In this document: positions 27,734 through 41,005 of the stretch, piece by piece | Position numbering within the stretch: the stretch's first letter is position 1 | Layout: the number at the start of each line of letters is the position of its first letter | Assembly: GCA_964016885.1 (NCBI GenBank) | Contig: OZ024760.1 | Location: 10,664,001-10,728,000 of the forward strand | Direction: 5' to 3' | Source: Eledone cirrhosa | Taxonomy: Eukaryota | DNA: 64,000 nucleotides | Notes under the pieces: model-generated | Database searches by the model: none | Told to the model about the DNA's origin: nothing | What the model saw: only the letters and a program-made list of their open reading frames with translations | Made by a program: the position numbers and the translations under genes

Positions 27734-28677
27734 ATGATGTCTTAATGAAAACTAGGAGTCTCCTCGCTCTACAAAAAAAAAACAATTATTGGATGACAGT
27801 TGACTCTCTTGAGTTCCTCCACCTTTTAAACCAGCCATATCCGACCTTAATTTTCTCACCTCTTTCTGTTCAAACTGGCTGTAACTGGCCACTCATACTG
27901 ATGTTAAGGTATTGCTCTCAAAATAAATAACTGTTTCTACTTTAGGCACAAGGCCAGCAAATTACCCAGTGCATTACTGGTACCTTATTTTATCGACCCC
28001 GTAAGGATGAAAGGCAAAGTCAACCTCGGCGGGATTTGAACTCAGAACATAAAGGGATGTAACTCTATGCTGGAAAGCATGGTGTCTGACCCTCTACCGA
28101 TTCTGCCCAAAATCTTGTAGATTTGATATTAAGTGAGATAATTCTGTAAGATAAAGCTTTTACTGTGAAAATACAATTGTAAATATAGAGTAATGGAAAA
28201 ACTAAAGGGTTAATATAAGTATGAATATTTAAAAAGGGCTTGAAGTGGGTTGGCACAAAAGGAGTTAGAGATGTGAAGGGGTTATAAAAGGGGCCTAGAG
28301 TCTATCAGATTAACCTCACCATTCAGGGAAACTGCTGGTCAATAAAGATAAGAACTGTTGACTACAGCCGTGACAAAGTTATTACGACAACAACAACAAC
28401 AAAACACAACTAATGGTAATCACACCACAACTGTTGTATGAAGAATGTAGTAGCAGAGAAGATGGTGGAGATATTGCTGGTGGTGGTGTTGTTGGAGGGG
28501 AAGGGTGGTATTGTTGTTGTTGTTGTTGTTGTTGGTGGTGGTGGCAGTGTTGGTGGTGTTGGTAGTGGTGGTGGTGGTGACAGTGTTGTTAGTGGGGAAA
28601 GGTATATTGTTGTTGCTGGTGTTGTTGGTAATGGTGTTGTGTTGTTGTTGTTGGTGTTGTTGTTGGTGGTGGTAATA

Positions 28678-30010
28678 TATAATGAAATTATTGTGTACAG
28701 TGCTCAGATGCACTACAACTCATCAAAGGTGTATGTATAGAACGTAAAATAAAGTACAAATGTCAGGAAAGTGAACAGCATATGAGTCATAATATACTTG
28801 TGTACATCTGTATGGAGGGGGGGACATCAGGTGTAGTGTTGGTGAATTTCAGGAAGCATGGAGGTTTTAAAGGATGCAGTGTCTCGGCAGCTAACAACTG
28901 ATGCAGGTAGTTTGTTCCATGCTTCAGCAACTCTGAGCGTGAAAAAATGTTTCCGAAAGTCATGGGAACTGTGCTATTTTCTGACTTTGTAGGCATGCCC
29001 ACGTGTGTTAGACACATGGAATTCAAAAAGGTGCTCAGGGTTGTTGTTGGCAAGATGGTTAATAATTTGTAGGTGTTTACCAAGTCAGTTGCCAGACGTC
29101 AAAACTTCAATGTATCCATGCCCAGTGAAGCAAAGTGTTCAGAGTATGATAGATGCCTAATGGAGAGTATTCGCTTGGTTGCACATCTCTGAACAGTTTC
29201 CAGGAAGTCAATGTTCTGAGTAAGATAGGGGTTCCAGTCTGGTGATGCAAATTCTAAGTGTGGCCAGTCCATGATCCATTGCTACATTGTGTCCAGGTCT
29301 GATTGCAGGAAAGATCTATAGTGTTCAGGATCTGTCTTTTTAATCTCAAGGTACAGCTTGATGTCATCTGCATATTTCAGTACTGTGGCATTCTTTAAGT
29401 TGGCATTTATGTCATTAATATATGCAACAAACAAAAGGGGATCAAGAACAGATCCCTGTGGTACACCAGATGACATCTCATACGGTGAAGAATGCTGTCT
29501 TAGAACTGTGACTACCTCTTTTTGACTGAGGACTTTAACCAGTTAAATGGATCATTTCTCACACCCAATGCAGAAAGTTTTCCCATAAGTCTTTTGTGTG
29601 ACACAGAATTAAAAGCTTTAGCAAAGTCAAGGTAAACAACATCCACCCATGAGCCGCTGTCAGTGATCCGGGTGATGTCTTTGAGAAATTCAATAAGTTG
29701 ATCAAAGCAGCTGGAGTTAGGGATAAATCCAAATGTGCGAGGGCTGGATAAGACTTAGAATTCCAGAAGTTCCAGAGTGTTTCTCTGACACAGGATTCCA
29801 TCAGTTTGGCAATGCAGCTAGTAAGACTGACTGGATGATAGTTGACAGGTGACGTGCGGTCACTCTTTTTGAACAGAGGAATGACACTACTCTGGAGTAG
29901 CACCGTTGTTAAGACAGAATTGAAAGAAGAGTGAAAGCTGGTGCAGAAGGAAGTACCGACCACATTTGAGAAGCAGGCATGTAACACCATCAAGACCAGG
30001 AGAGGTGTAC
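28678..30010 (-). mobile_element. CR1-group LINE relic (RT and 3' end)
   Basis: SGVPQGSVLDPLLFVAYIND...YADDIKLY; NYHPVSLTSCIAKLMES; 3' end also at 18770-18835 and 40325-40545 next to (AAT)n. Confidence 0.85.
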
Positions 30011-30014
30011 TTAT

Positions 30015-31080
30015 TCCTAACTAGTCGTGTTCTTTCTGTTTCTGTGAAGCCCAGCTTCTCAAGATTTGTATTGAGGCAGTTACTAACATATCCCAGTGCC
30101 CTAATAATCTCAGGTATAAATCTGAAGTTATAGTCAGCGTGGAGTATCTGTAGATTTCTCATAAGTTCTGCATAGATGTTCTCATATTCGCTAATCTTTA
30201 ATATTATATTGGTATCTGCTAGGCAGATAACTTCCAATACTGTGCATGCCTTCATTTCCCTGTCCCATATCATAATATCTGGTCTATTATGTTTGCATTT
30301 AATTGGGGTTTTGACTGGAACATTCCACCAGTAACTCTTTCATATTATGTATATGTATGTCTTCCACATTGCTGTAACCTTTTATGTGTTTATTGTCAAG
30401 GTTATCTTTTCAACGGAGTGCATTGTAGTGTTTTGGCCACTACATCATGCCTCATAGGTAGACAGTACCGTGGTGACATCTTTGAACAGCTGCTTATGAC
30501 ATGGGTGATATCTTCGATGTTAATTCTGCAGAGTCTGCACTTGTCGTCACATCTAGATGTTTTGCCTGCACCCCTATCTCTTTTGTGAATCAGGTATTTT
30601 TGTGTTGATTTCCTGTTCTTGGATTGCTAAAGCGTATCCTTCAAAGTGGGAGCCAATATAGAGGTTGTTGGTGCAAGATAGACAACTTTATTTATCTATA
30701 TTACCCTCACTCTGGAGCTTCTTGGCAACATATCCATGCTTGATTTTTCGCTGATAAGCATGCAGTTTTTCATCTATGGATTCACTGCGGTATTGCTGAG
30801 CAATTTCCCTGGGTGTGAGTTTTTGATTATCATGCAGGGAGTATCTTTCAAGAAGTTCCTTCCCAAACCCCATGATCTTATCTGTCTCATGCAGACAGAC
30901 TTGCCCAATAGATGGGCTCCTAGGCTTCGAGCTTCGTAGATGTTGTCGGAGGGATATGATGCGACACTCAAATGCTGTCTGAACTGATGTTAGGTCTCTG
31001 CCTCCCTACTTACGTTTCAAGTAGAGGCGTCCTATGTCACTGTTGATGTGGAAGTTTCCGGTGTTTTTAGTATTTTTCAA
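30015..31080 (-). mobile_element. R4/Dong-like non-LTR relic (CCHC knuckle plus restriction-like endonuclease)
   Basis: Minus strand CRLCRINIEDITHVISSC...RHDVVAK and HNRPDIMIWD...LEV motifs, interrupted by stops/frameshifts. Confidence 0.75.
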
Positions 31081-31241
31081 GTTTTAACATCAATTGTATG
31101 TATGTATGTATGAAAGGAATCCATGTTGGCTTTCCCAAAGGCCAACATGGATTCCTTTATATGCATATATGTATATATATATTTATATATATATATATAT
31201 GTATATATATATTTATATATATATATATATATGTTTGTATG

Positions 31242-31275
<34 letters not shown>

Positions 31276-31529
31276 CGTATATACATATATACATATATAC
31301 ATATATACACACTGTAAATGTGGTTGGTGTTAGGAAGGGCATCCAGCTGTAGAAAACCCGCCAGATAGTCCTATGCGAGCAAGATAATCACTCTTGCCTC
31401 AAGTGGGAAAACCCCCGTCCAAACCCATGCGAGCGTGGAACACGGACGTTAAACGTTGATGATGATATATATATATATATATATACAAACATACATACAT
31501 ATATATATATATATATGTATGTATGTTTG

Positions 31530-31586
<57 letters not shown>

Positions 31587-31587
31587 A

Positions 31588-32653
31588 AGTTATGTTGGTA
31601 CCACAACATCCAGTCCGAAACAAATGAGGTCGTGTAGGTGTCACGACAAAAAATAAACACGCAGTCCACGCTGTAATGTGGCCGTGTAGGTAACACGGTA
31701 AAAACCTCCCAGCCCCACACTGTAAACGTGGTTCGTGTTAGGAAGGGCATCCAGCCGTAGAAAACCCGCCAGACAGTCCACGCTGTAATGTGGCCGTGTA
31801 GGTAACACGGTAAAAACCTCCCAGTCCACACTGTAAACGTGGTTGGTGTTAGGAAGGGCATCCAGCCGTAGAAAACCCGCCAGACAGTCCACGCTGTAAT
31901 GTGGCCGTGTAGGTAACACGGTAAAAACCTCCCAGCCCCACACTGTAAACGTGGTTGGTGTTAGGAAGGGCATCCAGCCGTAGAAAACCCGCCAGACAGT
32001 CCACGCTGTAATGTGGCCGTGTAGGTAACACGGTAAAAACCTCCCAGCCCCACACTGTAAACGTGGTTGGTGTTAGGAAGGGCATCCAGCCGTAGAAAAC
32101 CCGCCAGACAGTCCACGCTGTAATGTGGCCGTGTAGGTAACACGGTAAAAACCTCCCAGCCCCACACTGTAAACGTGGTTCGTGTTAGGAAGGGCATCCA
32201 GCCGTAGAAAACCCGCCAGACAGTCTACGCTGTAATGTGGCCGTGTAGGCAACACGGTAAAAACCTCCCAGTCCACACTGTAAACGTGGTTGGTGTTAGG
32301 AAGGGCATCCAGCCGTAGAAAACCCGCCAGACAGTCCACGCTGTAATGTGGCCGTGTAGGTAACACGGTAAAAACCTCCCAGTCCCACACTGTAAACGTG
32401 GTTGGTGTTAGGAAGGGCATCCAGCCGTAGAAAACCCGCCAGACAGTCCACGCTGTAATGTGGCCGTGTAGGCAACACGGTAAAAACCTCCCAGTCCACA
32501 CTGTAAACGTGGTTGGTGTTAGGAAGGGCATCAAGCCGTAGAAAACCCGCCAGACAGTCCTATACAAGCAGGACAACAAATCTTGCCTCAAGTGGGAAAA
32601 CTCCCATCCAAACCCATGCGAGCGTGGAATATGGACGTTAAACGATGATGATG
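31588..32653 (+). repeat. RTE 3'UTR containing ~8 tandem 111-112 bp copies of an internal segment
   Basis: Unit CAGTCCACGCTGTAATG...AAAACCCGCCAGA; ORF-track offsets of 112; normal UTR end and (GAT)n after the array. Confidence 0.93.
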
Positions 32654-33084
32654 ATATATATATGTATGTATGTATACAATATATATTACAATGTATTAAG
32701 ACTATCATTCATTTGATTTTCAGACAATAATTACTTGGGTTGTTGATTAAATATCACTCTACCGACAAACAAACAGATTAAACTAGTGTTGTTGTTGTTG
32801 TTGTTGTTGTTAGTATTGTTGTTGTTATTCTTATTAATATTATTGTTGTTGTTTTTTGTTATCATTATTTCTATTGATAGGTAGTATCAGTAAAGAGTAG
32901 GGCAATATGCTTTGCAGCATAGAGTTACATCCCTTTTCAGTCTGAGTTCAAATCTCGTTGAGTTTATGGGGTCGATAAAATAAAGTACCAGTAACGTACT
33001 GGGTTGATTTCATTGACTTTCCCTTCCCCTAATTACTGGCCTTGTTCCTATAGTAGAAATCATTATTTTTCTTCTTCTTCTTCT

Positions 33085-33361
33085 ACTACTACTGCCACTA
33101 CTACCTCTACTGCTGTTACTACTACTACTACTGCTGCTGCTGCTACTACTACTACTACTACTGCCACTACTACTACTACTACTGCCACTACTACTACTAC
33201 TGCCATTACTACTACTGCCATTACTACTACTGCTGCTACTACTACTACTACTACCATTACTACTACTGCCATTACTACTACTACTGCCACTACTACTACT
33301 ACTGCCACTACTACTACTACTGCCACTACTACTACTACTGCCATTACTACTACTACTACTG

Positions 33362-33402
<41 letters not shown>

Positions 33403-33556
33403 GCCATTACTACTACTACTGCCACTACTACTACTACTGCCACTACTACTACTACTGCCACTACTACTACTGCCATTACTACTACTGCCATTACTACTAC
33501 TGCTGCTACTACTACTACTACCATTACTACTACTACTGCCATTACTACTACTACTG

Positions 33557-33591
<35 letters not shown>

Positions 33592-33739
33592 GCCACTACT
33601 ACTACTACTGCCACTACTACTACTGCCATTACTACTACTGCTGCTACTACTACTACTACTACTACTACTACCATTACTACTACTACTGCCATTACTACTA
33701 CTACTGCCACTACTACTACTGCCATTACTACTACTGCTG

Positions 33740-33773
<34 letters not shown>

Positions 33774-34893
33774 CATTACTACTACTACTGCCACTACTAC
33801 TACTACTGCCACTACTACTACTACTGCCACTACTACTACTACTGCCATTACTGCTACTACTGCCACTACTACTACTACTGCCACTACTACTACTACTACC
33901 ACTACTACTACTACTACCACTACTGCTACTACTGCCACTACTGCTACTACTGCCATTACTACTACTACTGCCACTACTGCTACTACTGCCATTACTACTA
34001 CTACTGCAACTACTACTACTACTGCAACTACTACTACTACTGCCATTACTACTACTACTACCACTACTGCTACTACTGCCATTACTACTACTACTGCCAT
34101 TACTGCTACTACTGCCATTACTACTACTACTGCCATTACTACTACTACTACTGCCACTACTACTACTACTGCCACTACTACTACTACTGCCACTACTACT
34201 ACTACTGCCACTACTACTGCCACTACTACTACTACTGCCACTACTACTGCCACTACTACTACTACTGCCACTACTACTACTACTGCCACTACTACTACTA
34301 CTGCCACTACTACTGCCACTACTACTACCACTACTACTACTACTACTGCCACTACTACTACTACTGCCACTACTACTACTACTGTCACTACTACTACTAC
34401 TGCCACTACTACTACTACTGCCACTACTACTACTACTGCCACTACTACTACTACTGCCATTACTACTACTACTGCCACTACTACTACTACTACTGCCACT
34501 ACTACTACTACTGCCACTACTACTACTACTACTGCCACTACTACTATTACTGCCACTACTACTACTACTGCCATTACTACTACTACTACTACTACTACTG
34601 CCACTACTACTACTACTACTACTACTGCCACTACTACTACTACCACTACTACTACTACTGCCACTACTACTACCACTGCCACTACTACTACCACCACTAC
34701 TACTACTACTGCCACTACTGCCACTACTGCCACTACTACTACCACTACTACTGCCACTACTACTACTACTACTGCCACTACTACTACTACTGCCATTACT
34801 ACTACTACTGCCACTACTACTACTACTACTGCCACTACTACTACAACTACTACTGCCACTACTACTACTACTACTACTGCCATTACTACTACT
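33085..34893. repeat. (ACT)n microsatellite with GCC/ATT interruptions
   Basis: 1.8 kb trinucleotide tract. Confidence 0.95.
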
Positions 34894-35204
34894 TTCTTTT
34901 TTGCCTTAATGCTTAATGACTGAATCAATGACTCAATTTAATTGACATTTTTAATTAAATAGTCATTAAGTCATTTTCCAAATTTTCATTCCATTGGAAG
35001 AGATTTTACTGAGATTTCACCAGTTTTTACCAGTTTTTACCAGTTTTTACCAGTTTTTTTTCCAGTTTTTACCGAAATATTGAAATATTTGGTGGAAGCG
35101 ACTCAGTCCATATCAATGCACAATTAACAAAGTACTAATAAAATTGTAAATCTCTCAGAACAGATATAATCTTCTTATTGAGGTGTATGTATGTCTATGT
35201 GTGC

Positions 35205-35240
<36 letters not shown>

Positions 35241-35427
35241 GTTTCTACTATTGGCACAAGGCCAGAAATTACCCAGTACATTACTGGTACTTTATTTTAT
35301 TGACCCCGTAAGGATGAAAGGCAAAGTTAACCTCGGCGGGATTTGAACTCAGAATGGCAAGGGCCGTAACTCTATGCATCAAAGCATGGCGTCCGACCCT
35401 CTACCGATACTGCCAATCCATATATAT

Positions 35428-35620
35428 AATAGGAACAAGTAAGACCCCGACGGCTGAGCTCAAGCCGTTTCGACGGCTAATTCTGGATTGAATTAGCCGT
35501 CGAAACGGCTTGAGCTCAGCCGTTGGGGTCTTACTTGTTCCTATTACCCACTCTACTACCCTAAGTATTGAGTACTTTGGTGCGTTATGGTCCACCTGCT
35601 TCCTTACCACATTTCCTTCG

Positions 35621-35625
<5 letters not shown>
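35428..35625 (+). mobile_element. Penelope-like pLTR family A with ~60-bp inverted duplication
   Basis: Palindrome centred near 35488; arms TAATAGGAACAAGTAAGACCCC...GGGGTCTTACTTGTTCCTATTA. Confidence 0.6.
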
Positions 35626-35697
<72 letters not shown>

Positions 35698-35731
35698 TTA
35701 CATTCATAAATACACACATACATATGTATAT

Positions 35732-35788
35732 ATGAGATTCCTGATGATTTCTAAAGAATGAAACAGTTCTAGTCCTGTAGAATCTCAT
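35732..35788 (+). ncRNA. Type I hammerhead ribozyme (family B)
   Basis: ATGAGATTC-CTGATGA-tTTCtaaaGAAt-GAAA-CAG-ttctagtc-CTG-TA-GAATCTCAT. Confidence 0.8.
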
Positions 35789-35936
35789 CTATATTAAAAC
35801 TTTTATACTCTGCTATGTATATATATATATATATATATGTATATACATCATCATCATCATCATCATCATCACCGTTTTACTACATATATATATATATATA
35901 CATACTACATATATATATATACATACATATATATAT

Positions 35937-36089
<153 letters not shown>

Positions 36090-36204
36090 CATATGTATTT
36101 ATACATACATATATATATATACGTTATTCCGGGTTGAATCGGAGGTAACCACAGTAAGTAAGGGACTCAATACATAGCAGAGCATAAAAGTTTTAATATA
36201 GATG

Positions 36205-36255
36205 AGATTCTACAGGACTAGAACTGTTTCATTCTTTAGAAATCATCAGGAATCT
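36205..36255 (-). ncRNA. Type I hammerhead ribozyme (family B), inverted copy
   Basis: Reverse complement of 35735-35785; associated downstream segment extends to ~36121. Confidence 0.8.
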
Positions 36256-36368
36256 AGCTTTCCAAAAATAAATTTATTTTTGGAAAGCCATATATTAAAA
36301 CTATATATATATATATATATGAGTATTATATATATGAGTATTATATGTATGTATATATATATATATAT

Positions 36369-36418
<50 letters not shown>

Positions 36419-36544
36419 ACATATGTATTTATACATATATATATATATATATATGTATGTATACATATGTATTTATATATATATATGTATATTTATATAT
36501 ATATATACATATATATGTATATTTATATATATATATATACACAT

Positions 36545-36881
36545 GGAGGCGCATGGCTTAGTGGTTAGAGCATTGGCCTTGCAATTGAAAGGTTGTGAGT
36601 TCAATTCTCAGACCGGGTGATGTGTTGTGTCCTTGAGCAAGACACTTCATTTCACATTGCTCCAGTTTACTCAGCTGTAGAAATGAGATGATAGGGACTG
36701 GGGTCCCTATCATTCCACTGCAAAGTGGTCGTGGAGGTGCCACGGAAAAAAAGCACCCAGCACTCACTGTAAATGAGGTTGGTGTTAGGAAGGGCATCCA
36801 GCTGTAGAAATCAAGCCAGAATCAGTTCCCGTCCCACCCTTGCAAGCAGGGAAAAGCGGACGTAAAATGAAATGATGATGA
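36545..36881 (+). mobile_element. tRNA/CORE SINE family 1 with RTE-derived 3' tail, full length
   Basis: Box A TGGCTTAGTGG, box B GAGTTCAATTC; GTGTCCTTGAGCAAGACACTT...CAGTTTACTCAGCTGTAGAAATG resembles the MIR CORE domain; 3' half matches RTE UTR; (GAT)n tail. Confidence 0.92.
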
Positions 36882-37078
36882 CACACACAATGGGTTGTGT
36901 GAAGAACTGTTTGCTGTCTAGTGAGTGTTTATAGTGAGAAAATAGGTATTTTGAGTATTCAACAAGTGAGTGTATAAAGTAATCATCAAGGCACTGCCTC
37001 TATAACTGTATATTGTGTCACATTCAAAATATATTGATAGATTGTATTGGTAACACCCCCCGACTATATATGTGTGTG

Positions 37079-37109
<31 letters not shown>

Positions 37110-37110
<1 letters not shown>

Positions 37111-39437
37111 TAGTTGTCAGCGACCTCACGGTCAGAACTAGACGAGCCCTGAAACAGAGGCCAACCTGGAGAAGAAAGATCTGGAAGCTGAAAGTCCCCT
37201 CAACCAGTAACAGATTTAAAGATATTTTACTCAACGCCTACGACAGTAAAGAAGAACAGATAGAGACATTTAACGTAGAAGAGAACTGGGAGTTCCTAAA
37301 AAATAACTTACTAGAGGCGACGGATGAGGTTTGTGGCTGGAGTAAGACCTCAAGCAGGAGGAGAGTGACTTGGTGGTGGAACAATAAGGTAGATGAAGCA
37401 GTCAAGGCCAAGAGACAGGCATGGAAAGAATGGAAGAACGGGGGGAGCAGGGTACATTACATAGAGACCAAGAGGGAAGCTAGGCGACAAGTATACTTAG
37501 CTAGGAGGGAAGCAGAGGATAGAAAATTCAAGCATGTTTTACAACGTGAGGACCAGAAACAGGAGGTATTCAAGATTGCGAGGCAGTGTGTCAGAGATAG
37601 TTGTGATGTCATTGGAGAGAAGTGTATCCGGAATGATAAAGGTGAGCTTGCCCTCACAAGTGCTGAGAAGAAAGATGCATGGAAGAGTCATTATGATAGA
37701 TTACTAAATGAGGAGAATGCATGGGAAGAAGAGACCCTACCCCACGTAGACCCTATAGAGGGACCAGCAGTACAAGTCAGCGGCAGCGTAGTAAGTAAGG
37801 CAATCAGAGATATGAAGATAGGGAAGGCAACCGGTCCATCGGGTATAGCTGCCGAGATGCTGAAGGCATCTGGGTCTGTAGGTCACACTATAACCACACG
37901 TATCGTTAACCAGGTAATACTAGAGGGGGCCATACCAAAAGATTGGTGCAGTAGCATCATTGTCAACTGCTACAAAGGTAAAGGCGATGCACTAGATAGA
38001 GGAAACTATAGAGGTATAAAGTTGATGGACCAGGTCATGAAAGTAACAGAAAGAGTTATAGCACAGCTGATTAGGGACCGGGTGAATATAGACGAGATGC
38101 AATTTGGGTTTGTTCCAGGGAAAGGCACCACTGATGCGCTCTTCCTTGTGAGGCAATTACAGGAAAAGTACCTAGCTAAAAGTAAGCCACTCTACTTGGC
38201 ATTTGTCGACCTTGAGAAAGCCTTTGACAGAGTTCCACGTGCAGTAATCTGGTGGGCTCTTAGAAAACTAGGAGTAGATGAATGGCTTGTGAAAGCGGTA
38301 CAAGCCATGTATAGGGGAGCAGTCAGCAAAGTTAGGATTGGCAATGAGTATAGCGAGGAATTTAGCGTACAGGTTGGGGTCCACCAGGGCTCTGTTCTTA
38401 GCCCTCTCCTGTTCATCATAGTCCTGCAGGCAATAACGGAGGAGTTTAAGACCGGATGCCCATGGGAACTCCTGTATGCTGATGACCTCGCACTCATAGC
38501 TGAATCTATGGTAGAACTAGAGAATAAATTCCAAACCTGGAAGCAGGGACTAGAGAGAAAGGGCCTCAAAGTCAACATGACAAAGACTAAGGTCCTTATA
38601 AGTAGACGAGAAAACAGAACCCAGATCCCCTCAGGGAAATGGCCTTGCTCAGTATGTAGGAAAGGTGTAGGTAGGAACTCCATTCTTTGCCCCAAATGCA
38701 AACAATGGGTACACAAGAGATGTAGCGGGATCTCAGGAAGCTTAATTAAGAATGTAGGATTCACATGCAGCAGCTGTGCTGAAACAGCAAGCAAACAGCC
38801 ACAGGAAACAAGTACCACCAATCTCTGGGAGGGCCCTGTAGAAACAGTAGACAGCTTCTGCTACCTAGGTGACCGAATTAGCAACGGAGGTGGGTGCTCA
38901 GAAAGTACAATAACTAGGGTAAGAACGGGATGGAAGAAGTTTAGGGAACTACTACCACTGCTAGCTGCAAAAGGCTTCTCCCTCAGAATGAAAGGCAGAC
39001 TGTATGATGCGTGTATCCGAACAGCGATGTTGCATGGTAGTGAGACCTGGGCGCTGAAGGTGGAAGACTTACGTAGATTAGAGAGAAACGAAGCCTGCAT
39101 GCTCCGATGGATGTGTAACAGTAATATACGTGAACGACAAAGCATAAATGAATTGAGAGAGAGACTGAGCATAAGAGGAATCAAATGCTGCGTGCAGGAG
39201 AGGCGGTTACGCTGGTATGGACATGTGATGCGTATGAAGGATGACAGCTGCATAAAAAGGTGCAGAGCACTAGAAGTTGATGGAAACCGCGGAGTGGGGA
39301 GACCCAAGATGACTTGGGATGAGGTGATAAAAGCCGACCTTACCCAACTACACCTCTCAAAGTCAATGACACACGACCGTGACTTCTGGCGTCACGCAGT
39401 AATACAGGGTACCCGACCTCCCATGGGTACATGCTGA
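37110..39437 (+). CDS. RTE-clade non-LTR reverse transcriptase, 5'-truncated (APE endonuclease lost), frame intact
   Basis: WWWN, GKATGPSGI, NYRGIKL, QFGFVPG, FVDLEKAFDRV, QGSVLSPLLF, YADD (38475), FCYLGD, LHGSETW, RLRWYGHV. Track start 37047 lies in the flanking microsatellite. Confidence 0.95.
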
Positions 39438-39741
39438 AGCATATAAACAATATGCCCCCCCCCCCCCCCACCGCAAGGTGGTCGTGGAGGTGCCACGGCA
39501 AAAAAGCACCCAGCCCACACTGTAAAGTGGACGTGTAGGCGCCACGAAAAAGCACCCAGCACTCACTGTAAATGAGGTTGGTGTTAGGAAGGGCATCCAG
39601 CTGTAGAAATCAAGCCAGATCAGTTCCTGTATGAGCAAGGCATGGTCAGCCGACCAGACACTGCCCACAACAGGACAACCCGTCTAACCCATGCTAGCGT
39701 GGAAGAACGGACGTAAAACGGTGATGATGATGATGATGATG
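37110..39741 (+). mobile_element. RTE LINE type A, young 5'-truncated copy
   Basis: 2.3 kb open frame plus ~300 bp 3'UTR plus (GAT)n; sits in CA/TA repeats. Confidence 0.95.
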
Positions 39742-40290
39742 ACATACACGCATACATATATATATATAAAATTTAAATTTGTTGTTGTGCTCATAATTGT
39801 TTTGGCATTAATACACTGGTTTGGCAATACACTGGTTGGATGCCCTTCCTATCACTAGCGCCACTTTACAGCATGGACTGGGTGGTTTTATTCGTGCCAC
39901 CAGCACTAGAGAGGTTGTCTTGCTGGACTCAGGGGCCCTCTCCATCCCATGTTTGATGTGCAGAAAAGGAGCTGGCATAAATTCTATAAAATGTACGCAA
40001 TGCAGAGATATAGTGGGATAGCAAGCAAACTAACAGGTAGGGAAAACTACATATGCAGTAGATGTTCAGGGACATTTGACGGTAGAAGTCGCAGTAATAG
40101 ACACATTTTTCAAATGCAGGTAGGTTCTTTAGAAGTGGTTGATAGCTTCCGGTACCTAGGTGATCAGATTAGCAAGGGAGGAGGGTACTCTGAGGCCATA
40201 GTATCTAGAATAAGGATGGGCTGGAGGACGTTTAGGGAGCTGTTCTTCCGTTGACAAAGAAGGGTTTCTCCTTGCATACGAAAAGCCGGT

Positions 40291-40331
<41 letters not shown>

Positions 40332-40544
40332 AATTATCGTGTAAAGTGCTCAGGTGCACTACAACTCGTCAAAGGTGTATGTATAGTACATAGAATAATA
40401 CACAAATGTCAGGGAAGTGAATAGTGTATGAGTCATGGTATACATGTGTGTATGTGTATGGAGGGGGAACATTAGGTGTAGTGTTGGAGGATCTCGGGAA
40501 GCATGGAGGCCTTAAAGGATGCAGTGTCTCGACAGCTAACAACT

Positions 40545-41005
40545 GATGCCTGTGTGAGATGCGCGATGTCGCATGGTAGTAAGACATGGGCAGCAGCTGC
40601 GGAGGATATGCGATGGCTGGAGAGAAATGAAACAAGCATGCTCCGTTGGGTGGGCAATGTCAATGTGCGTGAACTATCAAGCAGAAATGAGTTGAGAGAG
40701 AAACTGTGTATAAGAGGGATAAGTTGTAGTGTGCGGGAGAGAAGACTGAGATGGTATGGACATGTGATACACATAGAGGATGACCGCTGGGTAAAGAAGT
40801 GCCAAGAAATCTCAGTAGAAGGAAGACAGAGTAGAGGAAGACATTGAAAAACATGGGCGGAGGAGGTGAGAGAAGACCTCAGATCGCTGAAGCTCACGTA
40901 GGAGATGACGAAAGAACGTGACAAGTGGAGAGATGCTGTGCTGAACAGGACCCGTCCCACCCTTGCAAGCAGGGAAAAGCGGACATAAAATGATGATGAT
41001 GATGA
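40545..41005 (+). mobile_element. RTE type B 3' fragment
   Basis: LERNETSMLRW...RLRWYGHV; ends CCCTTGCAAGCAGGGAAAAGCGGAC...(GAT)n. Confidence 0.88.

Noticed and set aside
31660-32555. CRISPR-like array (also 43721-44215 and 1-4205)
   Set aside because: Head-to-tail repeats with no unique spacers, eukaryotic context, no cas genes
33004-34928. Mucin-like poly-Thr ORF and antisense poly-Val ORF
   Set aside because: (ACT)n microsatellite; frame begins inside a SINE; open on both strands
36545-36620. tRNA gene
   Set aside because: tRNA-derived SINE head with no complete cloverleaf; continues into CORE and LINE-derived tail
37047-37109. ORF-track N-terminus of the LINE protein
   Set aside because: Non-ATG start in flanking TA/CA microsatellite; LINE homology starts near 37110
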